Positions 29,551 to 39,540 are shown, counted from the stretch's first letter. The stretch: DNA of 64,000 nucleotides from Cyanophora paradoxa CCMP329 (GCA_004431415.1 QPMI01000194.1:92517-156516); one strand, 5' to 3'. The notes: a model not told the origin generated them from the sequence alone. Program-made: numbers and translations.

Positions 29551-32500
29551 CTGAACGCTGCGTTCGGCTTGTTCCCCTCCTCACGGTCGTTGTGCAGTTC
29601 GATGGCGAGCATAGCAATGCTGTCACGGATGACGTTGTGATCCCGACGCAGCCGTGCCAGCCCCGCCGAGTACGTGAGGTGCACAATCGCGCGCGTCTTG
29701 CTCTCGCGAGACACGAATCTGTAGTGTACGGGGATCACCCGCCGTTGGTGCAGGTAGGTGGCAATCGCCTCCCGTCGTGCTCCGTCCCGCAAGTCGCCGT
29801 CGACCAATCTGAACGGTACATCCACCGCCATCGCATTCACGTAGAGCAACTCCTCCATGAGGTCGCAGAACAGGTGCGCTTTGCCCGTGAAGCCGAGTGC
29901 CGTACGGAAGGCAGTGCTCCAGGAGAGTGCCTCGAGGTTCACGTTTGTGCGGCCCGTGCGCAAGCTAGGCCTGGTGCGCGTGAAGAGGGCCCTGCTCTCG
30001 TTGTCCTCCGCTGCAGCCACCGTAGCGATCGTCGGTGTACGCCCGTCGATTGTGCGTGCATACCGCGCCACCGTTAAGAAGCTCTCGCAGATCTCCACGA
30101 GGAACGTCACCAGGAACCCGTCCGGGAGGTCGTAGTCGAACGCTCGGTTCGTGTTGAGCACATCCACCCACTCGACCTCGCTGCCCTTCGAGTCCCACAG
30201 TGTGCGAGGGCACTGGAGACCTCCTTCCGCCCTCGGGTCCCGCGCCGCGAGGAAGAGTGACAGTCCGCACGTTATCGCGTGCGTACGGAGTCGCAAAGCG
30301 ACCTCGGCGTCGGGGCACTCCTCCAGTGCTGGCGGCGTCTCCATCGTGGCTGCCGCTAGCATGACGTAACGGGTAGCCTCCTCGACTGCCTCATCCATTG
30401 CTTGGGACGTTAGCGCCTTTTCGAGAAGCCCCGTGTCGAACTGGATGGGGGCGCCTCGCCCGCGTCGCTGACGCTCGCCATTCAGCCGTCTGCCAAGCTC
30501 GATACCCAACGCGACGAGCGTGGGCATGATGCTGTCGACCGCGTTGGTGAAGTGTCCGATCTCGCGCATCTCGACGCCGAACAGTGCGAGAAGGCTATCG
30601 TGTCCGAGGCACGAAAGGCCCTGCCTGGCCGAGTCGCGCCATGCCGCGTCGCTGATCTCCCCGCTGCAACGCCGCTCCGGCGCTTCGACAAAGGGGTCGA
30701 CGAAGCCCGAGAACCCCGTCATGATCAGTGCTGCCATTGCCCGCCTGAACTGCGGAAGCTTGGCGTGTAGTAGTGCTGCCTGCACTTCCACTTGCGTCGT
30801 GACCACGAGACTCTCCTTGTCTGTGCCGTACGCGCCCTCTCCCCAGTGTCGGCTCAGCGGTGGCGAGGGAAGGCTCTTCCCGTCACGTACATAACGCGAT
30901 TGGCGCGCCATCCAGATGCTGAAGTCACGCCTGGGGAGTTCGGTATCCATCCGGAATGGCTCGGTCAGGTCCCTGTCGATGTACGGCCTCTCCCCCGTTC
31001 GCGTCTTGTTCAGGTCGCGCGACGTGTAGACCGTTGAGAATTCTGCCGACGCCGTTGCGTGCGGCAGCCGGTACTGCCAGCCGTCCCAGCCGTTTTCCCC
31101 GCGGTACATCTTCAGTAGCGTCTCCGTCTCAGCACGTCCTGTGACGGAGTCCCGTAGGGTTGCGAGTTGCTCGTACAGCTCTCGCGCCCGCCTCCCCTTC
31201 CCGTAACCCGCTTCTTCGGCCGCCAGCGCTCGGAACACCTTGAACCAGGGTAGGCCCGGGTGGTGCCGGTCCCGCTCGTGGTCCAGGCGGCCGAGAAGGT
31301 CGAGTGTCTGGACGAAAATGTCGGCCACCGCGACGTGCTGGTGCCTGGGGTTATCCGCGCCCGTTGCGACGCGCTCCCACCGCAAGTAGCCTGCTTGCCG
31401 CGCGAGGTCGCAGAGCTGTCCCCACTCCTCAATCAGTATGTCCGGCAGCTGTTCCACCGAGACACGTCGCTTGTCAGCCTCCGCAGCGAGTGCTCCGAAG
31501 CGGGCTGTATCCGTGAGTCCAACCCACGGCTTGACGACCTCCATCAGCGGCGCCAGGTGTTGCCAGATCTGCCGCTCGCGAACGCCCTCCTCTTGCGATG
31601 GGTTCGTGAACTCGTAGTCCATCATCGACCGCTCCTTTGGTCTCATGGATCGTGGTAAGTGGGGCGGCGGGGGGCCCCCCGGGCGTCCTCCCGTGATCCA
31701 CTGCGGGTTCCAGACCGTGTTGGTTCCGAGCATCGTGAAGACCGCCCGACTGACGACCCTGTAGTAGCCGGCCTCACGAGAGCTCAGCGACCTCAGGGCT
31801 TCTTCCACGTTGCCGTCGCCGATCCCGGCGGTAGACATCTCCTTGTCGATGCCCCGGTGGACCGCGTAAGCCCGCGCGACGTCCGCCGCCACGGTTGTCT
31901 CCCACGCGCGTGGCTCCTCGCCCCGCTCGACTTCCTGCATCCGCCGGCCCCCGCCCGCCGCCTGGATCTCAGCGAACTTCGCCGCTCGTTCTCGGTGTTC
32001 TTGCGCGGCCAGCGTAGCCGTGTCGACGTTGCGTTCCATTGCCGTCCACTGGAGGAGTCGCCAACGTCCGTCTGATGTCAACCTCCCCCACAGCCCAAGC
32101 CACCGCTCGTCAATCGGGCCTGCATGGGCGTTGAGCAGTTCGCCCGCGTCCGCCCGTGTGAGTTCCGCAATCAGTTCCGCGTTGCCCGGGTGTAGGGCCT
32201 GGTGGGCTGGTGCCGTTCGGGGTGGGGGGCCCATGTTGCGCGTCAATCCGTCAGCCACCTGGCGTCTCACGTTTGACGACCGCGGGACTCCGAACTTGTC
32301 CATCGTGTACTCTGCGAGTGCACGGTATCGAGTGTCGTTGTTAATCGTCTGGCCCGTCTTCAGCCGTCGTCGATAATTCGCCTCCCACGTGTGCTCCGCT
32401 TCGTCATGCGTGTGCTCTGACGGCGAGTCGATCTCCATCCTCGTGATGTTCATGGGGTGATCCGGATGGGAAGGCGAGTTCGGAGAGTACGTGTGCTCCT

Positions 32501-35500
32501 GTGGGGCGTCCGGTGGTGGTGTTGTTACGACGTCGCCGCCTGGCTCCGCTGCCGTCGCCTCCGTCGTCACGGCCTGCACGCTTTGGGCGAGCCCGAGCGT
32601 GGGGTCCGTTGCAGGTGGCGTTTCTGCGCCCTCCGCGCGCTGCGTCTCCGCGGCCTCTGCCGCCGTCGGGCACCGCTCGCCAACGGGTGCCAACGCCTTC
32701 GCGTCCTCCTCCGTTGCTGACGCCGCCGTCACGGCCTGCACGCTTTGGGCGAGCCCGAGCGTGGGGTCCGTTGCAGGTGGCGTTTCCGCGCCCTCCGCGC
32801 GCTGCGTCTCCGCGGCCTCTGCCGCCGTCGGGCACCGCTCGCCAGCGGGTGCCAACGCCTTCGCGTCCTCCTCCATTGCTGACGCCGCCGTCACGGCCTG
32901 CACGCTTTGGGCGAGCCCGAGCGTGGGGTCCGTTGCAGGTGGCGTTTCCGCGCCCTCCGCGCGCTGCGTCTCCGCGGCCTCTGCCGCCGTCGGGCACCGC
33001 TCGCCAGCGGGTGCCAACGCCTTCGCGTCCTCCTCCGTTGCTGACGCCGCCGTCACGGCCTGCACGCTTTGGGCGAGCCCGAGCGTGGGGTCCGTTGCAG
33101 GTGGCGTTTCCGCGCCCTCCGCGCGCTGCGTCTCCGCGGCCTCTGCCGCCGTCGGGCACCGCTCGCCAGCGGGTGCCAACGCCTTCGCGTCCTCCTCCAT
33201 TGCTGACGCCGCCGTCACGGCCTGCACGCTTTGGGCGAGCCCGAGCGTGGGGTCCGTTGCAGGTGGCGTTTCCGCGCCCTCCGCGCGCTGCGTCTCCGCG
33301 GCCTCCGCCGCCATCAGGCATCGTTCGCCAGCGGGTGCCAACTTCTCCACGCGCTGCAACTCTGCGGCCTCTGCTGACGCCGTCGTCATCACGGCCTGCG
33401 CGCTTTGGGCGAGCCCGAGCGCGGGGTCTGTCACGGCTGGCGTCGCTGGGCGGTTTGGGCGCTGCAGTGGCGGGTCGTCCTCGCCTGAGCTGATGCCTGC
33501 GGTCGACCGGGTCCGCTTGCCCGCTCCTCCGCGAAGACGCAGTACTGTGCCCGCGGTGTCTGGCGCATCCGTAGTTGCGTGCACTGCTAGCTTGGCTTGG
33601 TAGAAGACTTCCAGGAGAGTCTCCAGCGGGTCCACCTCCTCCAGCGGGGACGGCCGGCGTCTCCCCGAGCCGCTCGCAGTCGTTGCTGTGGTTTGTGCCG
33701 TCCGTCCCGCGTTCGACTTGGTAGCCGCGTCGGAGGGTCCGAAGCCGTTGAGGTCATCCTCGTCGTCGTCGGATTCGTGCCGCGGGCGCGGCGGTGGTGG
33801 TGGGCGGCACTGCTGCATGATGGCGATGCGATCGAGTGCCCGTAGGAAAGCTGCATGGAGCCGTGCAATCTGCCCCCGATTGTGGTAAACGATATACGGC
33901 CCCCCCGTCCACCTCGAGAGCTCATCCCCCAAGCGTCGCCGGAGCTCCGTGCGCGGGTCATCCACGCGGTGTCGGAGCGTAGCAATGATGGCATCCACGA
34001 TGGTCTCAGCCTGACCCTGGATAATCGCCTCGTCGTCGACGTAGTGAATCGGGGGCATGTGCGGGAGAGGCGGCGGGGGCGGCATGGTCTCCAGTCTGTT
34101 CTCGACCGCTCGCAGCAGGTTCGCGATGATCTCGACGCGTGTCCTCCCCTCTGCGAACGTCGGTGTATGCGGCACTTCGGCCGCGTCCGTCTCCCGCGTC
34201 TGGTCACGGCCAGCGTCGGCAGTTGCCGTGGGTTGTCCATCAGCATCCAGCAGCCCCGCTAATTGCATCGCGAGCACGTCCTCCACCGTTCGGTCGTACA
34301 GCCCTGTGCTCGTCCCCGAGCTCGAACCAAAGGGCATGACTCCCGGGTGAAGAAGGTGCGCGGGAGGGGCGATGAGCGTAGGCGTCTGCTGGGGCGGGTT
34401 GAGGAAGCCAGACGTGGTGTCGTAGACCGTGTACAACATGGGGGTGTTGCAGGCCTCCGTGACCGCTGCCGTCGCTTCCGCCGCTGCGCCTGTCTGACGC
34501 CACTGCCGCAGGTCCGCCAGGACAGCCTCTGTCAGCTCGCGTTCCGCCGTGACGTCGCCTCTGATCGTCTGCTGGGCGGCCTGGTACGTGGTCCCGCGAT
34601 CGACCGCCCGCGCCCCAATCACCCTCCTCGCGGCCTCCTGAGCAATCAGGCGGAGCACGGCTGGTTGCATGAGGCCGTCGTGTACTTGATCCGCAACGTC
34701 GTCGCGCGCCGTCGCGTCGCCCTGCAGCTCGCGTTGGGTGTCGCGAGCGTCCGTGCGGTGGCGTGCGGCTCTGTCGGCGATCGCTCGTCCTGCCAGCAGG
34801 CGGGCCCGTGCCCGGAGGACCGTCGCCGCCGCGGGTGTCGCCGGTGTAGCTGTGTCCGCCGCCGGGTTCGCCTCCGTTGTCATTGCGATCCCCAGGAGCC
34901 ACTCGTCGACGTACGTACTGATGCTGCCCGGGGCGCGCTCGCTGCCCGGCGACATCCTCGCGGCCACGCCCGCCCAGACGTCGCTGGGGCTCTGGGGGCG
35001 GTCAAGTGCCGCCTCAGCCTCCGCAAGCTGCTCCGCCAGGTGCTGCTCCACCGTGACGCCCCGCCGAGCCGCTGCTGCTCGTGCGTCGGCGAGTTCGATG
35101 TCAAGCATCGTAGTCGGGTAGTATGCGGTCGAGCTGCAATCGCTGTCGTAGCCGTTCGGGTACGTCCCCGTCGGTGGATAGAGGTCGTCGTCGGAGTCCG
35201 GGTCGCCTCTCGCCTCGTCGTCGGAGCGCCAGAGCGGAGGCGGGTCGTCCTGCTCTTCCGCCGCGGCCATCTCCGCCGGGTCGACCGCCACGCCCAAGAG
35301 CTCGATCTGGCCCGGGCCCAGCGGCACGGGTGCCGGCAGTGCGGTGAGCGGCGGCATCGGGTCGATAACGTCTTGGACTGCCTCCGAGTTGAAGGCGTCG
35401 TCGCCTCCGTCCGGGGTTGGCGTATTGCTGCCTCCTCCTCCTCGGAGGCGCAGTGGCCCGCCGTCGAGGCTGTCGTTCTCCGAGTCCTCCGACCCCGACC

Positions 35501-38500
35501 CCGGGTCGTCCTCTTCCCGCTCCTGCCGAGCAGCGGTGCGCTCCTCCTCCGGCATGACTGCCTCGCCTTGGAGGCGGATGTGCAGGGCCGCGAAGCTTCG
35601 TCGGGCCCGTTCCAGCACGGAAGTGAAGAACGTAGAGAGTGGGGCCGACTCTGACTGCGCGTTTCGAGCGAGCTCTGACGCGGGGTCGGTCGGTCCCGTC
35701 TCCGTCGCCGCCGTGTTGACGGGCGTCGTGTCCGGCTGTGCAGTTTGGGCGAGCCCGACTGCAGCGCCGTTCACTGTTGCCGTCTCAGGTCCGTGCAGTG
35801 GGTCCGTCGCGTCGTCACAGGTCCCGTCCGGCTGTGCGGTTTGGGCGAGCCCGGCCGCAGCGCCGTCCGTTACCATCGGCTCCCGTCCGCGCGGTGTGCC
35901 CGTCGACATGGGCGATGCTGATCCCGACGAGCCCGCCGGTGTAGCCCAGTTGGATGACGGCGTGCCGTCCGACTGCCTCTCCATCCGTCCGTCGTCTTCC
36001 CAACTGGCCGTCCGCAGTTCCAGCTGCTCCGCACCCGCAGCCGTCGCGTCCACCGCTTCGCGTGCTGCTCGCCTCCTCCGCCGGCGTTCTGATCCCGTAA
36101 GCTTCTCCTCGGCCATGCGTTGGAGGTACTGTCGGATGACCTCCCTACAGAGGGCCTCGGCCTCCGGAGTGTTGGCGGCGACCGCGTTGGTGCCCGCCTT
36201 GTTCAGGAGTGCCGCCTGGACCACCTGTAGCATCGAGTTGACCTGCTCCTGCGAGATCGGCGGCTGGGCCGGTGCCGTCGGAGTCGCGTTCGCGCCCGTC
36301 GCCGCGTAATTCGCCTGCGCCGGGGGCTGCACCGCGCGGTAGTCGCCTCCTCCACGCCGCTCCCGCGGAGGGTCGGGGCAGCGCGCAGCCACATGACCCT
36401 CCTTGCCGCAGTTGTAACAGACGAGTGGGCCTCGCGGGTCGTCCCGCCGGCCTCCGCCGCCCCCCGGCCGCCCGGTGTTCCGGTTCGCGCCGCCTGCGTG
36501 CTGCTGCCACCGCTGCTGCTGCGTCGCCTGCGGCGGTTGCTGCATCGGCGGAGCGGGGAGCGCCAGCTGGGGCGGGGGCGCCGGAAGGGCGAGCTGTGGC
36601 TGGGGTGCCGGGAGGGCGAGCTGCTGGTTGAACGGCGCAAACTGAGGTTTCCGTGAAGGCCGGAGGATGCCGCGGTCCAGCAGTGCCTGGTACCAGCCGA
36701 CGGGGAGTTGGGGGTGGCTGGGATGGGGCGCCAATGCGCGCAGGGCCCTCAGGATCGCGCAGACTGCGACGTCGTCATGCCAGTGCTTGCTGTTCTCCGT
36801 GCCGAAGATCGCCTCGCAACGCCTGCAGTAATCCAGCATGCACTCCGGCACCAGCGGCCGACCCAGCTGCTTCGTCACCGGCTCCGTGCGGTTCGGGTCG
36901 GCCACGTCAATGAATGCGATGAGCTGCTTGTACTTGTTGGCCCGGACGGAGTGAATGACGCCGCAGACGCGTCCGTCGGGCGAAAGTACGAGTGTGCACG
37001 GTACGTGGGGGCTCGGCTTCTGACCCGGCGAGTGTGAAGCGTGCTGGAAGAAGCCGTGGGGCTGTGATGGCCGTGGCGGCGGGACGTGACGGTTCGGGTT
37101 GTACGGCGCCGCCTGGAAGGCTGAGCCAGCCAGCTGCGCTGCCGACAACTGCGTCGCCTGCACCGCCGCGATGTTCGCCGCCTGCGCCATCTGCGCCGCT
37201 GACTGCATGTGCGAGGCCATCGCGGTCTGTAGCTGGTTAAGCTGAGCCTGCGTCTGCTGATGCTGCTCCTGAACCTGGGCTCGGAGCGACTCCGTCACCC
37301 GCAGCATGTCGATGTTAGCGCTGTTGTCGAACCGTGCCGCCAACCCCTCCGTCGGGCTCGGCATCCACTCTCGCGTGCCCGTCGGTGAACCAGCAGTCTC
37401 GTGTCGGGGGCGTTTGTACGGCGTCGTGTCAAGGCCGGTCAGTTCGCGATCCTGTCGGCGGTTGTCGAAGACGTCCTCCGTCTCCTCGGCATGTGTCATG
37501 CGGACGGCACGCGCCGGGCCCCCTGTCTCCACGCTCGCCGGGGTGTCGCCTGCGAGTAGGGTGACTTGTTTCGACTTGCGCCTGATCTCCGGCTTTTCCA
37601 ACCAATCTTGAGCCCGCTGGATGAAGGACGTCGTCGCGAGGCCCGGGTCGTTCGGAAAGGCGTTCTCGGTCGTCCGCTGGAGTTCCCGCAGCTGGGGCAT
37701 CACCTTGTCGACCAACAGGTCGAAGTTGGAACGCCGGCGGTCGGCATCGTCCCGGTAAACCTCCCAAGTGTCGTCGTGCTCACGTGCCCGGAGGTTAATC
37801 TGAGTCTCCAGCTTCTGTACGATGAGCGTTGGCGTCATCGATACGCCTGAGACTTGGAGCGCCTCCACCGTCAAGTCGAACTGGAGCCGCGGCGGGATCC
37901 CGTAGTACATCGTGTCCGCCCACGTCGCCAGGTTCCGTTTGTCACGTTCGTCGATGCGCGAGCGTGCGTACGTGCAGAAGTCCTCGTACGAGCGGATAGT
38001 TGTCGTCGGGATCATGTCCCGCGCCTGGAGGACCGTCGCCTCGAGAGCGTTGAGCTGCGCCTGCGCGTGGTCCTTCTGCTCCTGAGACTTCCCGGGGTCG
38101 GCCTTGAAGGCCTCCACCACCGCCTCCTGCGCCGCCCGTTTCGCCTCCGCTTGCACGATGTACTTGTCAAAGTCCGCCTGTTGGGTCAGGCGGGTGCGGT
38201 ACAAGTCCGTCTCCTCTGGAGAAAACAGTTGCGCCAGCTCCCGGAGCATCAGTGAGCCGCGGACGCGTTCGTCTGGCGTGGTCGGGTTGCCCGCGAAGAA
38301 AGGTTTACGGTTGACGATGCTGTCGAGCTGATCCAGCGTCCGCTTGACGTTCGCGTGCGTCATCGGGTAGCCGAACGTGTAAACGTTGCCTTCGTTGATC
38401 TTCAACAGCACCGGCTCCTCCTTCGGCTGGATCTGGCGAGCGTACTTCTGGTGCTGGGGCATCTCCTGCGACGCCGCGACCGCCGCAATCGCCGAGAAGT

Positions 38501-38540
38501 CGGAGACGCGGGCCAGGGCGGGCCGCGTGTGTCGGGACAT
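28746..38540 (-). CDS. gag: ORF1: Gag-like polyprotein (3264 aa) with a ~2,450-aa C-terminal extension of unknown function
   Basis: Uninterrupted ORF. CX2CX4HX4C knuckle CYNCGKEGHVAARC at 36378-36419 with RGG-rich flanks, and extra Cys/His clusters upstream of it. LRLRGG occurs at 35436-35453 and 33525-33542. Contains 54-aa tandem repeats. Confidence 0.88.
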   Translation of the reverse strand: MSRHTRPALARVSDFSAIAAVAASQEMPQHQKYARQIQPKEEPVLLKINEGNVYTFGYPMTHANVKRTLDQLDSIVNRKPFFAGNPTTPDERVRGSLMLRELAQLFSPEETDLYRTRLTQQADFDKYIVQAEAKRAAQEAVVEAFKADPGKSQEQKDHAQAQLNALEATVLQARDMIPTTTIRSYEDFCTYARSRIDERDKRNLATWADTMYYGIPPRLQFDLTVEALQVSGVSMTPTLIVQKLETQINLRAREHDDTWEVYRDDADRRRSNFDLLVDKVMPQLRELQRTTENAFPNDPGLATTSFIQRAQDWLEKPEIRRKSKQVTLLAGDTPASVETGGPARAVRMTHAEETEDVFDNRRQDRELTGLDTTPYKRPRHETAGSPTGTREWMPSPTEGLAARFDNSANIDMLRVTESLRAQVQEQHQQTQAQLNQLQTAMASHMQSAAQMAQAANIAAVQATQLSAAQLAGSAFQAAPYNPNRHVPPPRPSQPHGFFQHASHSPGQKPSPHVPCTLVLSPDGRVCGVIHSVRANKYKQLIAFIDVADPNRTEPVTKQLGRPLVPECMLDYCRRCEAIFGTENSKHWHDDVAVCAILRALRALAPHPSHPQLPVGWYQALLDRGILRPSRKPQFAPFNQQLALPAPQPQLALPAPPPQLALPAPPMQQPPQATQQQRWQQHAGGANRNTGRPGGGGGRRDDPRGPLVCYNCGKEGHVAARCPDPPRERRGGGDYRAVQPPAQANYAATGANATPTAPAQPPISQEQVNSMLQVVQAALLNKAGTNAVAANTPEAEALCREVIRQYLQRMAEEKLTGSERRRRRRAAREAVDATAAGAEQLELRTASWEDDGRMERQSDGTPSSNWATPAGSSGSASPMSTGTPRGREPMVTDGAAAGLAQTAQPDGTCDDATDPLHGPETATVNGAAVGLAQTAQPDTTPVNTAATETGPTDPASELARNAQSESAPLSTFFTSVLERARRSFAALHIRLQGEAVMPEEERTAARQEREEDDPGSGSEDSENDSLDGGPLRLRGGGGSNTPTPDGGDDAFNSEAVQDVIDPMPPLTALPAPVPLGPGQIELLGVAVDPAEMAAAEEQDDPPPLWRSDDEARGDPDSDDDLYPPTGTYPNGYDSDCSSTAYYPTTMLDIELADARAAAARRGVTVEQHLAEQLAEAEAALDRPQSPSDVWAGVAARMSPGSERAPGSISTYVDEWLLGIAMTTEANPAADTATPATPAAATVLRARARLLAGRAIADRAARHRTDARDTQRELQGDATARDDVADQVHDGLMQPAVLRLIAQEAARRVIGARAVDRGTTYQAAQQTIRGDVTAERELTEAVLADLRQWRQTGAAAEATAAVTEACNTPMLYTVYDTTSGFLNPPQQTPTLIAPPAHLLHPGVMPFGSSSGTSTGLYDRTVEDVLAMQLAGLLDADGQPTATADAGRDQTRETDAAEVPHTPTFAEGRTRVEIIANLLRAVENRLETMPPPPPLPHMPPIHYVDDEAIIQGQAETIVDAIIATLRHRVDDPRTELRRRLGDELSRWTGGPYIVYHNRGQIARLHAAFLRALDRIAIMQQCRPPPPPRPRHESDDDEDDLNGFGPSDAATKSNAGRTAQTTATTASGSGRRRPSPLEEVDPLETLLEVFYQAKLAVHATTDAPDTAGTVLRLRGGAGKRTRSTAGISSGEDDPPLQRPNRPATPAVTDPALGLAQSAQAVMTTASAEAAELQRVEKLAPAGERCLMAAEAAETQRAEGAETPPATDPTLGLAQSVQAVTAASAMEEDAKALAPAGERCPTAAEAAETQRAEGAETPPATDPTLGLAQSVQAVTAASATEEDAKALAPAGERCPTAAEAAETQRAEGAETPPATDPTLGLAQSVQAVTAASAMEEDAKALAPAGERCPTAAEAAETQRAEGAETPPATDPTLGLAQSVQAVTAASATEEDAKALAPVGERCPTAAEAAETQRAEGAETPPATDPTLGLAQSVQAVTTEATAAEPGGDVVTTPPPDAPQEHTYSPNSPSHPDHPMNITRMEIDSPSEHTHDEAEHTWEANYRRRLKTGQTINNDTRYRALAEYTMDKFGVPRSSNVRRQVADGLTRNMGPPPRTAPAHQALHPGNAELIAELTRADAGELLNAHAGPIDERWLGLWGRLTSDGRWRLLQWTAMERNVDTATLAAQEHRERAAKFAEIQAAGGGRRMQEVERGEEPRAWETTVAADVARAYAVHRGIDKEMSTAGIGDGNVEEALRSLSSREAGYYRVVSRAVFTMLGTNTVWNPQWITGGRPGGPPPPHLPRSMRPKERSMMDYEFTNPSQEEGVRERQIWQHLAPLMEVVKPWVGLTDTARFGALAAEADKRRVSVEQLPDILIEEWGQLCDLARQAGYLRWERVATGADNPRHQHVAVADIFVQTLDLLGRLDHERDRHHPGLPWFKVFRALAAEEAGYGKGRRARELYEQLATLRDSVTGRAETETLLKMYRGENGWDGWQYRLPHATASAEFSTVYTSRDLNKTRTGERPYIDRDLTEPFRMDTELPRRDFSIWMARQSRYVRDGKSLPSPPLSRHWGEGAYGTDKESLVVTTQVEVQAALLHAKLPQFRRAMAALIMTGFSGFVDPFVEAPERRCSGEISDAAWRDSARQGLSCLGHDSLLALFGVEMREIGHFTNAVDSIMPTLVALGIELGRRLNGERQRRGRGAPIQFDTGLLEKALTSQAMDEAVEEATRYVMLAAATMETPPALEECPDAEVALRLRTHAITCGLSLFLAARDPRAEGGLQCPRTLWDSKGSEVEWVDVLNTNRAFDYDLPDGFLVTFLVEICESFLTVARYARTIDGRTPTIATVAAAEDNESRALFTRTRPSLRTGRTNVNLEALSWSTAFRTALGFTGKAHLFCDLMEELLYVNAMAVDVPFRLVDGDLRDGARREAIATYLHQRRVIPVHYRFVSRESKTRAIVHLTYSAGLARLRRDHNVIRDSIAMLAIELHNDREEGNKPNAAFSWAPQPPQAPMHLAIHDPDVTWYAAPFQSTPFILGRRGENLRLVPIAVAMTSLRTLLLRTVTERLRESMTTAIATATGESDPHSAKAQQAVRVLTSWIMEMAASPFKAYTVAMIVGHPMQFFTLLRTLHREQLQHGNEGLQRYPLTPNRQLPVVMQGRRQDWERNIPLHHLPVRSAKPGAWPYYAGANAFGLPTVMEGEMNETERRVIVHFALRPAPNVAGPSGGSATTVATLSPLRTLSLRARQSPSWRAATRPGLTRAGDLRSPTR
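32560..33440 (-). repeat. 162-bp (54-aa) coding tandem repeat, ~5 copies plus one diverged copy
   Basis: The marker cacgctttgggcgagcccgagcgtg occurs at 32577, 32739, 32901, 33063 and 33225, with a diverged copy at 33399. Units alternate SAMEED/SATEED. Confidence 0.95.
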
Positions 38541-38673
38541 GATGAAGTCGTGTAGACGTAAAGGTAGGAAAGGAGGAGTGGTAGTGTCAGTGAGGGTGTA
38601 AGTCGCGTGTCCCGCGTGTCAGTCCGCAGCCGCAGTCGTCGATCGTTGGCGTGCTAGGGCCTGGAATCGCTGT

Positions 38674-38900
38674 AAATTTCGGCAGAGTCTCCCCCTTCAA
38701 GCGCCCGTGGTATGCGCGGCGCTGAAGCGGGCGTCGTGGCGGTCGTGGTCGAGGTCGGTTCCTCCGAGGAGTCGCGACGGTCGGCCGTTGACTGGAGTCG
38801 CCAGAGTGTCTGTGCCGAAAATTTTGACAGAGTCTCCCCCTTCGAGGAGTCGAGACGTGCGCGGCGCTGAGGCGGGCGTCGTGGCGGGGTGTGGTCGATG
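38674..38900. repeat. ~146-bp-period degenerate duplication in the 5' leader
   Basis: cagagtctcccccttc...tgcgcggcgctga.gcgggcgtcgtggcgg occurs at ~38683 and ~38828. Confidence 0.75.
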
Positions 38901-39540
38901 TTGCCGTTATCGACCGTTACTCCGTTCTTGTCCGTGATGACGCACGCGCCGCCGGTGTCCGTATACTGTATGTAAAAACGTGTCCGGTAAGCTCCCGGTG
39001 TGCGCTAGGCACTCGCCGCGGCAAGATTCAACCTTGGCTCTTGGCGATGGTCGGCAGGCCCGAGATGCTGGCGTGCTTTGGGCGAGCCCGAGCACGCGGC
39101 TTCTCGTTGCGCTATCCGGCGACTGCTTCGGGACGAACCCTCGCAGCGAGCCAGTTGATCGCTAGGCCTGGAGCTTGCGGAACCGCGGTCGCTTCGGGGC
39201 GAACCCTAAGCGGCGCGAAGCGCGGGCTCCCACCGTGTGCGAACGGTGTCCGGTGTGCTTGCCAGCAGCTGCGTCGGCGGGACGGTTGCGCGAGCGCGAC
39301 GTCCGGGCCGATGCTGCTCCTTGTCCGCCGGACCGACCGCGCGAGCGAATCGGCCAGCTCCGGAGCTGCCGTTGAGTTGCAAGCTGACGATCCAATCCCC
39401 CTCGTAGTCACTAGCCGGCAGGATGGGCGAGTTGCCCGTTGCGCTGCGATCTCCACGTAGACCACACGGCTACCACCGACCCGGCCAGAGCAGCTAGGCT
39501 AGCTGTCCGGCACGGAGTGCGCGTGGCGTCCGGCGAGGGA

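Noticed and set aside
23743-36100. env-like gene in the extra coding region
   Set aside because: No clear signal peptide or C-terminal TM anchor, and it lies upstream of pol rather than downstream.
19391-38331. Long plus-strand ORFs inside the retrotransposon (e.g. 20747-22594, 34263-35654)
   Set aside because: Antisense shadows of GC-rich coding sequence, with no independent motifs.
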